From the NCBI GenBank assembly GCA_963790475.1, contig CAWBOS010000010.1:1088001-1152000 (forward strand): DNA of 64,000 nucleotides, given 5' to 3'. Below are positions 19,848 to 28,088 of this stretch, piece by piece. The DNA comes from an uncultured delta proteobacterium (GTDB lineage Bacteria > Desulfobacterota > RBG-13-43-22). The first letter of the stretch is position 1. Each line of letters starts with the position of its first letter. Position numbers and translations under genes: made by a program. A model generated the notes under the pieces. The model saw only the letters and a list, made by a program, of their open reading frames with translations. It ran no database searches and was not told where the DNA came from.

Positions 19848-19978
19848 GAGACCTTTGAAAAAGTATCCCATTACGTCATACCGGCGAAAGCCGGTATCCA
19901 GAACCAATTAAAAACACTGGATTCCGTGTCAAGCACGGAATGACGAAAAGGAAATTGGCATAATAATTCAAAGGTCTC
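19848..19978. mobile_element. 131-bp MITE-like element with 12-bp TIRs and a 5-bp target duplication, carrying a CGTC palindrome pair
   Basis: GAGACCTTTGAA (19848-19859) and TTCAAAGGTCTC (19967-19978), flanked by GCTTT on both sides. Confidence 0.75.
19874..19945. repeat. CGTC-tagged REP-like palindrome pair
   Basis: CGTCATACCGGCGAAAGCCGGTATCCAG ... CTGGATTCCGTGTCAAGCACGGAATGACG. Related copies at 20965, 21438 and 44310. Confidence 0.85.
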
Positions 19979-20060
19979 GCTTTGTTTGGCTGCAATGGGC
20001 TAACCGTCTCCTTTATTTCTAATTATTTTTATCATATATGGATGTGTGACAAGTCCCATG

Positions 20061-20103
20061 AATAGAAAAGGCAGAATCCTTATAGAATCCTGCCTTTTCT
20101 ATT
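20061..20103. terminator. Probable bidirectional intrinsic terminator
   Basis: 14-bp inverted repeat AATAGAAAAGGCAG / CTGCCTTTTCTATT between convergent genes. Confidence 0.75.
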
Positions 20104-20124
20104 CTATAGTTGCAAAATTTTTTT

Positions 20125-20880
20125 TTACTTCTTAAATCTTCTACCGAAGCCAACTAAGCCTATTAAACCCATGCCCATAAGCAAGAGGGAAGCGGGTTCG
20201 GGAACGCTATTTACGGTCAGTTCCCAATCTTCTGTCTCACCCTGATATAAACCCATATATTGACCAGCCCCAATTCCCCATTGGTCTGCTAAGTTTGGAT
20301 TTTGGTAACTTGTAACATCTGTCGGTCCGAAATTTTTGAGGTCGTAATTGATACTTTCGTTACAAGTCACCCGGGCTCGCAACCAGTAATCACCGTCAGT
20401 ATTAAATATTATTGGGTCGGAAGTAAACAACATCTCAATCCCAGCAGGGCCATCACCTTTTACATAATGGGAATCATTCGTGAAATCCCATTCGCCGGTA
20501 ATGAAAGGGAGTTCATCAAAGTTACCTTTTTGATCCATGTCTATCCATGCTCTCAGATAATCTGTAAGATGATTACCCCATTCTGCTTTATACATAACAA
20601 ACTGGAACACAACTGAGTCCCCACTAGAAATCGCACCATTACCAAAAGCCCCACCGTTGAGGGACCAAGACACGCCATCATCTACATCACCATTATTTGC
20701 TATTGGACTACTTTCTGCAGTCCATGTTGTGCCTAATCTTTGCCAATTGGGGCTATAATTAGATGCGATGCCATAACTCGCCGGTGCATCACCATAGTCG
20801 AAGGGCACTGCCCAAAGGTTACCGGTGCAGACCCCGATGGCCAGGCAAGACAAAAATAATACTCTTAATGTTGTTTTCAT
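20125..20880 (-). CDS. PEP-CTERM sorting-domain surface protein with a GEVED domain
   Basis: Signal peptide, DYGDAPASYG, AWIDMDQKGNFD and GETED motifs, C-terminal VPEP + TM helix + RRFKK. GGAGG RBS before ATG 20880. Confidence 0.92.
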   Translation of the reverse strand: MKTTLRVLFLSCLAIGVCTGNLWAVPFDYGDAPASYGIASNYSPNWQRLGTTWTAESSPIANNGDVDDGVSWSLNGGAFGNGAISSGDSVVFQFVMYKAEWGNHLTDYLRAWIDMDQKGNFDELPFITGEWDFTNDSHYVKGDGPAGIEMLFTSDPIIFNTDGDYWLRARVTCNESINYDLKNFGPTDVTSYQNPNLADQWGIGAGQYMGLYQGETEDWELTVNSVPEPASLLLMGMGLIGLVGFGRRFKK

Positions 20881-21216
20881 TTTCTTTCCTCCCGGGTCAA
20901 CCAATTGCTAATTTCACTGGTATTAAATCTCTTTTAAGCTTAATTGCCCCATATCTTGTTACATCGTCATTCAGGCGAATCCCGGATGAAATCCGGGACA
21001 GGCGCAGGAGTCCATATCAAAAAATACCGGCTTCCAAGTCAACCCCTTAATTACATTGACGAAATTAACTGAATCCCTCACTGTTTTTTAACGATCTTTT
21101 TATTTAATAAAAGCACATTTTTGTACCTTATGCTTATAATATTTCTACTTTTTTCTAAACCATTTTTTGCTTCTTGTCAATGCCTTTATTATTCTCTTCT
21201 CTATGTAATATTTATT

Positions 21217-21232
21217 TGCAAACCATATGCCA
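21217..21232 (-). promoter_or_regulatory. sigma54 (-24/-12) promoter upstream of the PEP-CTERM gene
   Basis: Minus strand reads TGGCAT-ATGGT-TTGCA, with canonical spacing. Confidence 0.75.
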
Positions 21233-21437
21233 ATTATTATTAATTTATAACCAACTAAATTTACTTATAAAAAAAATAAGGCCATTTTGATACTACCATA
21301 AAAGTCAAAGAAAATACCACTTAAGTGAAACGAAATACCATTGTTAAGCGATTAGTTACCGTTTTTGGGGGGGGAATTCCTTTTCCACATTATTGAATAA
21401 AAAAATATATTCCGAACTTATACTTCCCAACCTGTGA

Positions 21438-21505
21438 CGTCATGCCGGACTTGATCCGGCATCCAGGAATTAAAAACTCTAGATTCCGGCTTTCGCCGGA
21501 ATGAC
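21438..21505. repeat. CGTC-tagged REP-like palindrome pair
   Basis: CGTCATGCCGGACTTGATCCGGCATCCAG ... TAGATTCCGGCTTTCGCCGGAATGAC. Confidence 0.85.
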
Positions 21506-21529
21506 ATCAGGTGCACATATTTATCTTTT

Positions 21530-21763
21530 TTAGTCCGAAAATAGGTTCCGAGGCGACTCGTTGATCCAGCCTATTTTCATGTTTCGTGGTGTCACGCCAC
21601 AAAAAGCGTGGCATGACGGTTTAGTCCGAAAATAGGATTCAGGTTCGACCTGCTCCCGGCCCTATTTTCATGTCCCGGCATCCTAAGGGATGCCTCCTGT
21701 TAAGGTCGGTAAAACCGACCGCATCGTGGTGCCTCGCCCCCATAGGCGGGGCATGGCGGTTTA
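21530..21763. repeat. Tandem structured repeat (two units with covarying hairpins)
   Basis: TTAGTCCGAAAATAGG-N24-CCTATTTTCATG...TCGTGGTG...GCATGRCGGTTTA occurs twice. Confidence 0.8.
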
Positions 21764-22468
21764 ATATAAATTGGAATTTGAAAACTTTTCATACAAACGA
21801 CCGATCATCAGATCCTCGGATCCCATGAAATATTTAACGTGCTCCTGCGCCATAGAAAATCCATTTTTACTGATATATTCTGCAAATCTTTGACTTAAAA
21901 CATAAAATTTTCCACTGAAATAATCAGGCATGTCTGCATCACCAAATAATTTTTCGTAGTTAATTATTCCGCCTTTCCTGGCCGCCCAATTTTCTGCTCC
22001 CTCCTTCCCCGCCTTTATTAATGTGAACCCCCTGTAGTCAGTGTAATATTCCAAGCTTATCAATAATTGCATCAGTTCGTTCTCATCAATTCTTTTATGG
22101 GCATCATCGTTTGGTAAATTTAAACCGGTCACAACAGAAGTGACATCAACCTTGATAAGGTGTTTGAATCTAAAGTTGGTCACAATATAAGCAATCATCA
22201 TGTACGTTTTTAAACTCAAATTTTCGTATTTTTCTTCTGTACATAATATTAGTTTATTTCCGCGGAGTAAAGATCTCTCAATATCCGGGTTAGCATATAT
22301 CTCGATTATCCTGGTGCTTGGCAAATTTTGGAGAAAAACCCCCAATTTAGATGCATAGAATTGCGGCAACAAATGTCGATGATTTTGACACGTATATATG
22401 CAAACCAATAAACTAATTTTATCTTTAGCGAGTGTCTTAAAAAGATTTAGTATGCGAGAACAAATCAT
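21761..22468 (-). CDS. GT31 (galactosyltransferase/Fringe)-like glycosyltransferase
   Basis: EKYENLSLKT, IKVD, YFSGKFYVLS and SEDLMIG motifs in GT31 order. AT-rich. Confidence 0.6.
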   Translation of the reverse strand: MICSRILNLFKTLAKDKISLLVCIYTCQNHRHLLPQFYASKLGVFLQNLPSTRIIEIYANPDIERSLLRGNKLILCTEEKYENLSLKTYMMIAYIVTNFRFKHLIKVDVTSVVTGLNLPNDDAHKRIDENELMQLLISLEYYTDYRGFTLIKAGKEGAENWAARKGGIINYEKLFGDADMPDYFSGKFYVLSQRFAEYISKNGFSMAQEHVKYFMGSEDLMIGRLYEKFSNSNLY

Positions 22469-22513
22469 TAATCTAAGAGTTATTATCTCTTTTCCATCTG
22501 AATATGTACGTTT

Positions 22514-22750
22514 TTAAACGCCGGCGTTTAGAGCAGGATACTCCGGTTCATTGAAAAAAATAGAAATCCTCCTCAATTTAGATACAATTGATGATATGAT
22601 TACCTGAGGTGGCAAGTCTGGTAACTTTGCTACGGATAGGCCCTTTGATTTGCAAACAAAAAACCCCTTTAGAATTGTTGGCTGTTTGGGGTCGCATAAG
22701 TTCGAAACAATATAGCCATATTTAAATATAACAGTAGAATAAGACTCCAT
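22514..22750 (-). CDS. Small hypothetical protein (uncertain)
   Basis: 78-aa ORF co-oriented directly upstream of the GT31-like gene, with no recognisable motif. Confidence 0.3.
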   Translation of the reverse strand: MESYSTVIFKYGYIVSNLCDPKQPTILKGFFVCKSKGLSVAKLPDLPPQVIISSIVSKLRRISIFFNEPEYPALNAGV

Positions 22751-22896
22751 TTTTTTAAGTAATTATCATCTCAAGGTACCTATTTTGTCAAACAAAATTT
22801 CTTCTGACTACCGTTTCATCTTTAAACCATAAATTAAAAGGTCTTAATGCCCGGCCGGCCCTTTCCCATGTCAACACCTCTTCAAGAAATATACTC

Positions 22897-22978
22897 TCGA
22901 CTCGGGGTCGATTCGGTTGGATAGACCTTCATCGTATGGAACTTTCATCCACTACTTTCTGCTGGTCTCCCGCTCCAC
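22897..22978 (-). mobile_element. 5' (domain I) remnant of a bacterial group II intron
   Basis: Minus strand GTGGAGCGGGAGACCAGCAGAAAGTAGTGGATGAAAGTTCCATACGATGAAGGTCTATCCAACCGAATCGACCCCGAGTC resembles, from recall, the 5' ends of bacterial group II introns. No RT gene nearby. Confidence 0.55.
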
Positions 22979-22993
22979 CAACTTCGAGGTTTA

Positions 22994-23209
22994 TCATGAG
23001 GCAACAATTGTCCACTTCAGATCGCTGATGATAGCCGGTGAACCCCGGCTCCCGATAGCGATCCCATCCATCAACCAGATGAAGACCTGCCCACTTGTGG
23101 CATGACGCCAGAGAATGTCGGCCTTGCCGTCCCCGTTGAAATCACCCAGGCCCTTGATCTCCCAGTTTTCGTCAGTCACCAAGCCCAACGAACTCTGATC
23201 CAGCCGGAG
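22994..23209 (-). pseudogene. Orphan C-terminal FG-GAP repeat, remnant of a fourth paralog
   Basis: WEIKGLGDFNGDGKADILWRH...WTIVAS*. In-frame stops lie just upstream and there is no signal peptide. Confidence 0.85.
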
Positions 23210-23375
23210 CTATTAAAAGAAAATGGAACAATAGGCATGAAAATAAATTGAAAATGATTTTGGATTGACTGAGCGACATATGGGAAGAGTCAGAGCCCGG
23301 TTTGCAACACCGGTCAAAGAGAACTGGAAATTTAACTTTCAAAATTGATCAAAGGTCTTCAATATTTTTTATTCA

Positions 23376-24656
23376 CTATGGGAAAATCATGGTCCAATTA
23401 CTGTCGCCAACTGTCCCGGACGAGCCCATGGAAACAAGAGTGGTGCCGTTCATCAGCCAGATGTATAATTGGCCGGTAGTAATATGGCGCCAGAAGATGT
23501 CCGCCTGACCATCCCCATTGAAATCACCCACTCCTTTAATCTGCCAATTCAGATCGCTCAAGATTCCCGGAGAACCGTCGGAAGTAATAGTAGTGCCATT
23601 CATCAGCCAAATAAAGACCTGTCCGCTAATGGAATGCCGCCAGAGAATATCCGTCTTCCCATCCCCGTTGAAATCGCCGATCCCTTTGATCTCCCAGTTC
23701 AGGTCGCTGATGGTTGCCGGGGAACCCTGCGAGGCAATAGCGGTCCCATCCATCAGCCAGATGTAGATCTGCCCAGAGACGGCATGCCGCCAGAGGATAT
23801 CCGCCTTGCCGTCCCCGTTGAAGTCCCCTACCCCTTTAATCTCCCAGCCCAGATCGATCGTTCCCAGCGAACCCTGGGAAGCAATAGCGGTATCATTCAT
23901 CAACCAGACATATAACTGGCCGCTTACAACATTCCTCCAGAGAATATCGGCCTTGCCGTCCCCGTTGAAGTCCCCCACCCCTTTGATCTCCCAGCCCAGA
24001 TCGACCGTTCCCGGCAAACCGGTGGACGCAATTGTGGTGCCATTCATCAGCCAGATGGATACCTGCCCGGTCGCTTGGTTCCGCAACAGAAGATCCACGG
24101 TACCGTCGCCGTTGAAATCTCCTGTGCCTATAAGTTCCCAATTGGTGTCGTAGTTGGGAACAATCAGGACCGATCCGGTCGGCGTGACCCCATTCATATA
24201 CCAGACACCAATCTGTCCATTCTGGTTATTTCTCCACAGCAGGTCCGTCTTCCCGTCATTGTTGAAATCTACCTTCGTCTTGATCTGGATACCCGCCGAA
24301 GAAATATTAAAACTCACCTCATTGGAGTATCCGCTCTCTTGACCGTTCGCATTATAAGCGGTTGCTGAGGCATAGTAAATCGTCCCTAGGCCGAGGCCGG
24401 TTAACGTGTAGGTGGTGACATTGCCAACATTGATGTTCCACTGGTAATTTCCTGATTGCGTCCCATAATAGATCTTATAGCCGGCCAGGTCTGCTTCGCT
24501 ATTGGCGTCCCAGGCGAGTGTGATCTGGGCACAATGACCTTCAGGATAAGGAAGGAACGAAATAATCCCAAAGAATAGGAATGACAGGATTAAGGGAAAA
24601 AAAGATATACCGAAGGATAGGGATCGCTTGGAGAAACTTTCTAATTTCCGTGTCAT
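23376..24656 (-). CDS. Secreted FN3 + six-repeat FG-GAP/VCBS beta-propeller protein
   Basis: Signal peptide, FN3 (TLAWD...GYKIYYG...SGYSNEV) and six DFNxDGxxDI/LxxR repeats. Confidence 0.9.
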   Translation of the reverse strand: MTRKLESFSKRSLSFGISFFPLILSFLFFGIISFLPYPEGHCAQITLAWDANSEADLAGYKIYYGTQSGNYQWNINVGNVTTYTLTGLGLGTIYYASATAYNANGQESGYSNEVSFNISSAGIQIKTKVDFNNDGKTDLLWRNNQNGQIGVWYMNGVTPTGSVLIVPNYDTNWELIGTGDFNGDGTVDLLLRNQATGQVSIWLMNGTTIASTGLPGTVDLGWEIKGVGDFNGDGKADILWRNVVSGQLYVWLMNDTAIASQGSLGTIDLGWEIKGVGDFNGDGKADILWRHAVSGQIYIWLMDGTAIASQGSPATISDLNWEIKGIGDFNGDGKTDILWRHSISGQVFIWLMNGTTITSDGSPGILSDLNWQIKGVGDFNGDGQADIFWRHITTGQLYIWLMNGTTLVSMGSSGTVGDSNWTMIFP

Positions 24657-24806
24657 GACAACATTTCAGCCTTTATAAATTTCTTGATTCACAAGCCAGA
24701 GTACGAAAGGTGTGCCTGGAAACCCTTCTTAGGGAATTATTCCTAAGAAGTTAGCTCTCTTAAGATATCTCTTAAATCAAGTCAAAAAGATTTAACCTAA
24801 TCTTTA

Positions 24807-24822
24807 TGCAAATATTATGCTA
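24807..24822 (-). promoter_or_regulatory. Degenerate sigma54 promoter
   Basis: TAGCAT-AATAT-TTGCA (GG changed to AG at -24), in a position comparable to the paralog's promoter. Confidence 0.4.
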
Positions 24823-25485
24823 GACACAGAAAATATATATCTAATCGAAATAACAGTAGATAATTTTAAAAAAAGTTATGACGGCAAGAAGAAATAACAC
24901 TTTCCCCTACATGGATGACCTAAGTTTGCAGGAAAATACCTTCACCTTAATTAGAGTTCTTAAAGTTTTCAATATTAAAACCGTGCTTTTTGAGAAGATC
25001 AAAGAAATAGATAAGTTACGACGAATTTAGTTGCCATATTTATAGTACCTAACAAGTTTCGAGGATATGAGTCAGCTCTTTATATTTATGTGTATTCTGT
25101 CCTGATTGAGTGGCTACAGGGTCTGGAGAGTAATAAAAATGTCCGCTGATGAAGAATAAGGACCATGTCCTGCCGGTCATGGCTATAACGTATTTAATGG
25201 TATTTTCCAATTCCCTACAGGACCCGGCCGTGCATGAAGCATCATTCTTTACATAGGTAACGGCGTCAATACTTTGACTGTCTTTATTCATTTACCGGCT
25301 GATTTTTCACGGAACTCCTGAATTAGGGGAGGAATATGAGGGTTCACTCCGGTTGGGGGATCAAAACAAGTGAATAAGCTCTGAGTCTATATGCTTAAGA
25401 GATAAGGCTTGATTTCCTGGCTAATGTTTAATGGTCATTATATAATTTTAAATTTGACGATGAATTCTATAAATTAATTATTGGG

Positions 25486-27753
25486 TTACAATGGGGTAAC
25501 AATTGTCCAGTGACTATCACTAACTGTCCCGGGCGAGCCCGTGGAACTAACGATGGTTCCATTCATTATCCAGACGTACAACATCCCCGAGAGATTATGA
25601 CGCCAGACAATATCGACCTTGCCGTCCCCGTTGAAGTCCCCTAACCCTTTGATCTCCCAACTCCGATCAACCGTTCCCGGCGAACCCTGAGAAGCAATGG
25701 CAGTTCCGTCCATCAGCCAGACATATAGCTGGCCGCTGACCTCATTCCTCCAAAGAATATCGGCCTTGCCATCTCCGTTGAAATCACTTACACCCTTTAT
25801 TTTCCAGCTCGGATCGCTGATAGTCCCTGGTGAACCCATGGAAGCAATAGTAGTCCCGTTCATCAACCAGACGTACAACTGCCCGGTAACCCTATGGCGC
25901 CAGAGAATATCGGCCTTGCCATCCCCGTTGAAGTCCCCTACCCCTTTGATCTCCCAACCCTGATCGACCGTTTCCGGCGAACCCTGGGCTATTGGGGTTT
26001 CACCGTTCATCAACCAGACATACAACTGCCCGGTAACCCTATGGCGCCAGAGAATATCGGCCTTACCGTCCCCGTTGAAGTCCCCTATCCCTTTGATCTC
26101 CCAATCCCGATCGACTGTTCCCGGTGAACCCTGGGCGGTAGAGGTTTCGCCATGAATCAATCTGAGGGATAGCTGCCCGGTCACTTGATGCCGCCAAAGG
26201 ATATCTGTGGACCCGTCGCCTTTGAAATCCCCTGTGCCTATAAGTTCCCAATTAGTGTCATAGCCGGGAGCAATCACAGTCGATCTGGTCGGTGTGATCC
26301 CGTTCATATACCAGACAGCAATCTGTCCATTCTGGTCATTTCTCCACAGCAGGTCTGTCTTCCCATCATTATCGAAATCAACCTTATCCGTATGTTGGGC
26401 AACAAAAATAGTATCAGCTCCTTCAGTGGTTCCGGCACTGTTAGTGGCGACCAGCCGGTAATGATGGAGGGTATTGGCAGCTAAATCGGTTAAATTTGCC
26501 GTAGCGGCAACATTGGTGGTGCCGCTCCCGGCTGATTGAATGGCCGTTAAATTCCCATAGGAGCTGGTCGTTCCCCATTCAAAAATGTACGTCGTCGGCA
26601 AGCCGTTAGGATTAACCGTCCCGTTTAAAGTAACGGAACTCAAGGTCACTGATGACGCTGACCCGGTGGTGACAACCGGCGTTTTGGCATCAACCGAATA
26701 GGTTGCTACAACGCTGAGATTCGAATTCATGGTCACTTGGCAAGAAAGCGTTGTCCCGGAACACCCGCCTGACCATCCGCTGAATATGGAGTTAGCGTCA
26801 GGAGTCGCCGTTAAGGTAACTTGGGTACCGGCACCAAAACTGGTCCCTGATGGATTGACGGAGACACTACCCTTACCCGTCCCATTATTACTTACAGAAA
26901 GTGTATAGGTGGTGGAAGAATTCGACCTGAAAAAGGCCGTGATGGTGTGGTTAACGCTCACGGAAGAAAAAGTATAGGAGGTAATCGATCCTTGTGAAAC
27001 CCCGTCCACCATCACATCAGCAATCTGGTAACCGGTATTGGGGGTGATAGTGAAGGTCTGTCCGGCCCCCGCCAGGATTGAAATCTGCCCCGAGGGGGAA
27101 ATGGATCCGCCCGCTCCGGCGGAGGCGGTGATGACGTAGGCAGACAGGCCGGCTTCTGTTACCGTGAAGATATTCCCGGCGATAGTAAAGCCGGCCGTAC
27201 GGATTGCACCAATATTGGGAGAGACTGTGTAACTTATCGTCCCACTAGCCATGCCGGAACCCGAGGTTACGGTTATCCAGGGGATGCTCGCCGAAGTCCC
27301 CCAATTACATCCCGCCTGGGTAGTTACCAGCACGCTCCCGGATCCCCCTAAGGAGGAAAAAGTGGCACTTGAAGGAGATATGGTATAAGTGCAGGAGGGA
27401 ATGGTATAAACCACTTCATTGGAGTAGCCACTTTGCAATCCTTGAGTATTATAAGCAGTTGCCGCAATATAGTAGGTTACCCCAACGTTGAGGCCGTATA
27501 GGGTATAGTTGGTAACGTTGCCAATGTCTATGTTCCTTTGGTAGTTGCCGGGTGACGTCCCGTAATAGATTTCGTAACCGGCCAGGTCAGGTTCCGTGTT
27601 GGGGTCCCAGGTAAGTGTAACCTGATTACAATGGCCGTTTTGAAGGGGAAAAACAAAAAGACTTGAAAAAAGGAAGAAAGCTAAAAAGGTGAAAAAAAGA
27701 TTTAAACCTTTGTAATTGGATCGACTCGATAGACAACTGGAAAACTGTTTCAT
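25486..27753 (-). CDS. Secreted multidomain protein: FN3, BACON-like, InlB-B-repeat-like, FN3-like, six FG-GAP repeats
   Basis: ATG at 27753 shares its upstream context with the paralog start at 24656. Domain motifs are visible in the translation. Confidence 0.88.
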   Translation of the reverse strand: MKQFSSCLSSRSNYKGLNLFFTFLAFFLFSSLFVFPLQNGHCNQVTLTWDPNTEPDLAGYEIYYGTSPGNYQRNIDIGNVTNYTLYGLNVGVTYYIAATAYNTQGLQSGYSNEVVYTIPSCTYTISPSSATFSSLGGSGSVLVTTQAGCNWGTSASIPWITVTSGSGMASGTISYTVSPNIGAIRTAGFTIAGNIFTVTEAGLSAYVITASAGAGGSISPSGQISILAGAGQTFTITPNTGYQIADVMVDGVSQGSITSYTFSSVSVNHTITAFFRSNSSTTYTLSVSNNGTGKGSVSVNPSGTSFGAGTQVTLTATPDANSIFSGWSGGCSGTTLSCQVTMNSNLSVVATYSVDAKTPVVTTGSASSVTLSSVTLNGTVNPNGLPTTYIFEWGTTSSYGNLTAIQSAGSGTTNVAATANLTDLAANTLHHYRLVATNSAGTTEGADTIFVAQHTDKVDFDNDGKTDLLWRNDQNGQIAVWYMNGITPTRSTVIAPGYDTNWELIGTGDFKGDGSTDILWRHQVTGQLSLRLIHGETSTAQGSPGTVDRDWEIKGIGDFNGDGKADILWRHRVTGQLYVWLMNGETPIAQGSPETVDQGWEIKGVGDFNGDGKADILWRHRVTGQLYVWLMNGTTIASMGSPGTISDPSWKIKGVSDFNGDGKADILWRNEVSGQLYVWLMDGTAIASQGSPGTVDRSWEIKGLGDFNGDGKVDIVWRHNLSGMLYVWIMNGTIVSSTGSPGTVSDSHWTIVTPL

Positions 27754-27814
27754 GACAACATCCTCATGCTGGCAATAAAATTTTTTAAAAAACCCAGAGC
27801 ACAAGGATGCTGTG

Positions 27815-27900
27815 CCTGGAAACCCTGCTGCCGTACCTCACATCATGTGAAACTTAGGCCAGCGGCTTTGCGTCCCACCCTTTCGAATGGTTTGCCCTTT
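27815..27900 (-). ncRNA. Cyclic di-GMP-I (GEMM-I) riboswitch
   Basis: Minus strand AAAGGGCAAACCATTCGAAAGGGTGGGACGCAAAGCCGCTGGCCTAAG...GGTACGGCAGCAGGGTTTCC closely matches the Vibrio cholerae Vc2 aptamer. Confidence 0.93.
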
Positions 27901-27927
27901 TCAGACAGTGATTTGACAACTTAATAT

Positions 27928-27943
27928 TGCAAGTATTGTACCA
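27928..27943 (-). promoter_or_regulatory. sigma54 promoter upstream of the riboswitch
   Basis: TGGTAC-AATAC-TTGCA, about 27 nt upstream of the aptamer. Confidence 0.7.
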
Positions 27944-28088
27944 CCCAATTCCATCTTAAAATATATTGAAATTATTAATAATTTTATTCCATTGAAATTC
28001 AATACCATGCAAAATTTGTTAATACTCAACGAATTTTGTATTTTAAATAAAAAGGGAGAATGAAGAATTAATCGATTTTTCTCTACTA

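Noticed and set aside
21530-21763. Repeat-spacer pattern as a CRISPR array or integron attC sites
   Set aside because: Only two units, the spacers are structurally related, there is no cas or intI gene in the window, and the ends do not fit RYYYAAC/GTTRRRY.
22994-23209. Orphan repeat as a diversity-generating retroelement template
   Set aside because: No reverse transcriptase in the window, and differences from the paralogs are not adenine-specific.
25105-25185. GCTACAGGGTCT...GACCATG as a second GEMM riboswitch
   Set aside because: The GGCAAACC...GAAA...GACGCAAA half is missing and no gene follows on that strand.
27815-27900. cGAMP-sensing GEMM-Ib assignment
   Set aside because: The specificity position equivalent to Vc2 G20 is G, not A.
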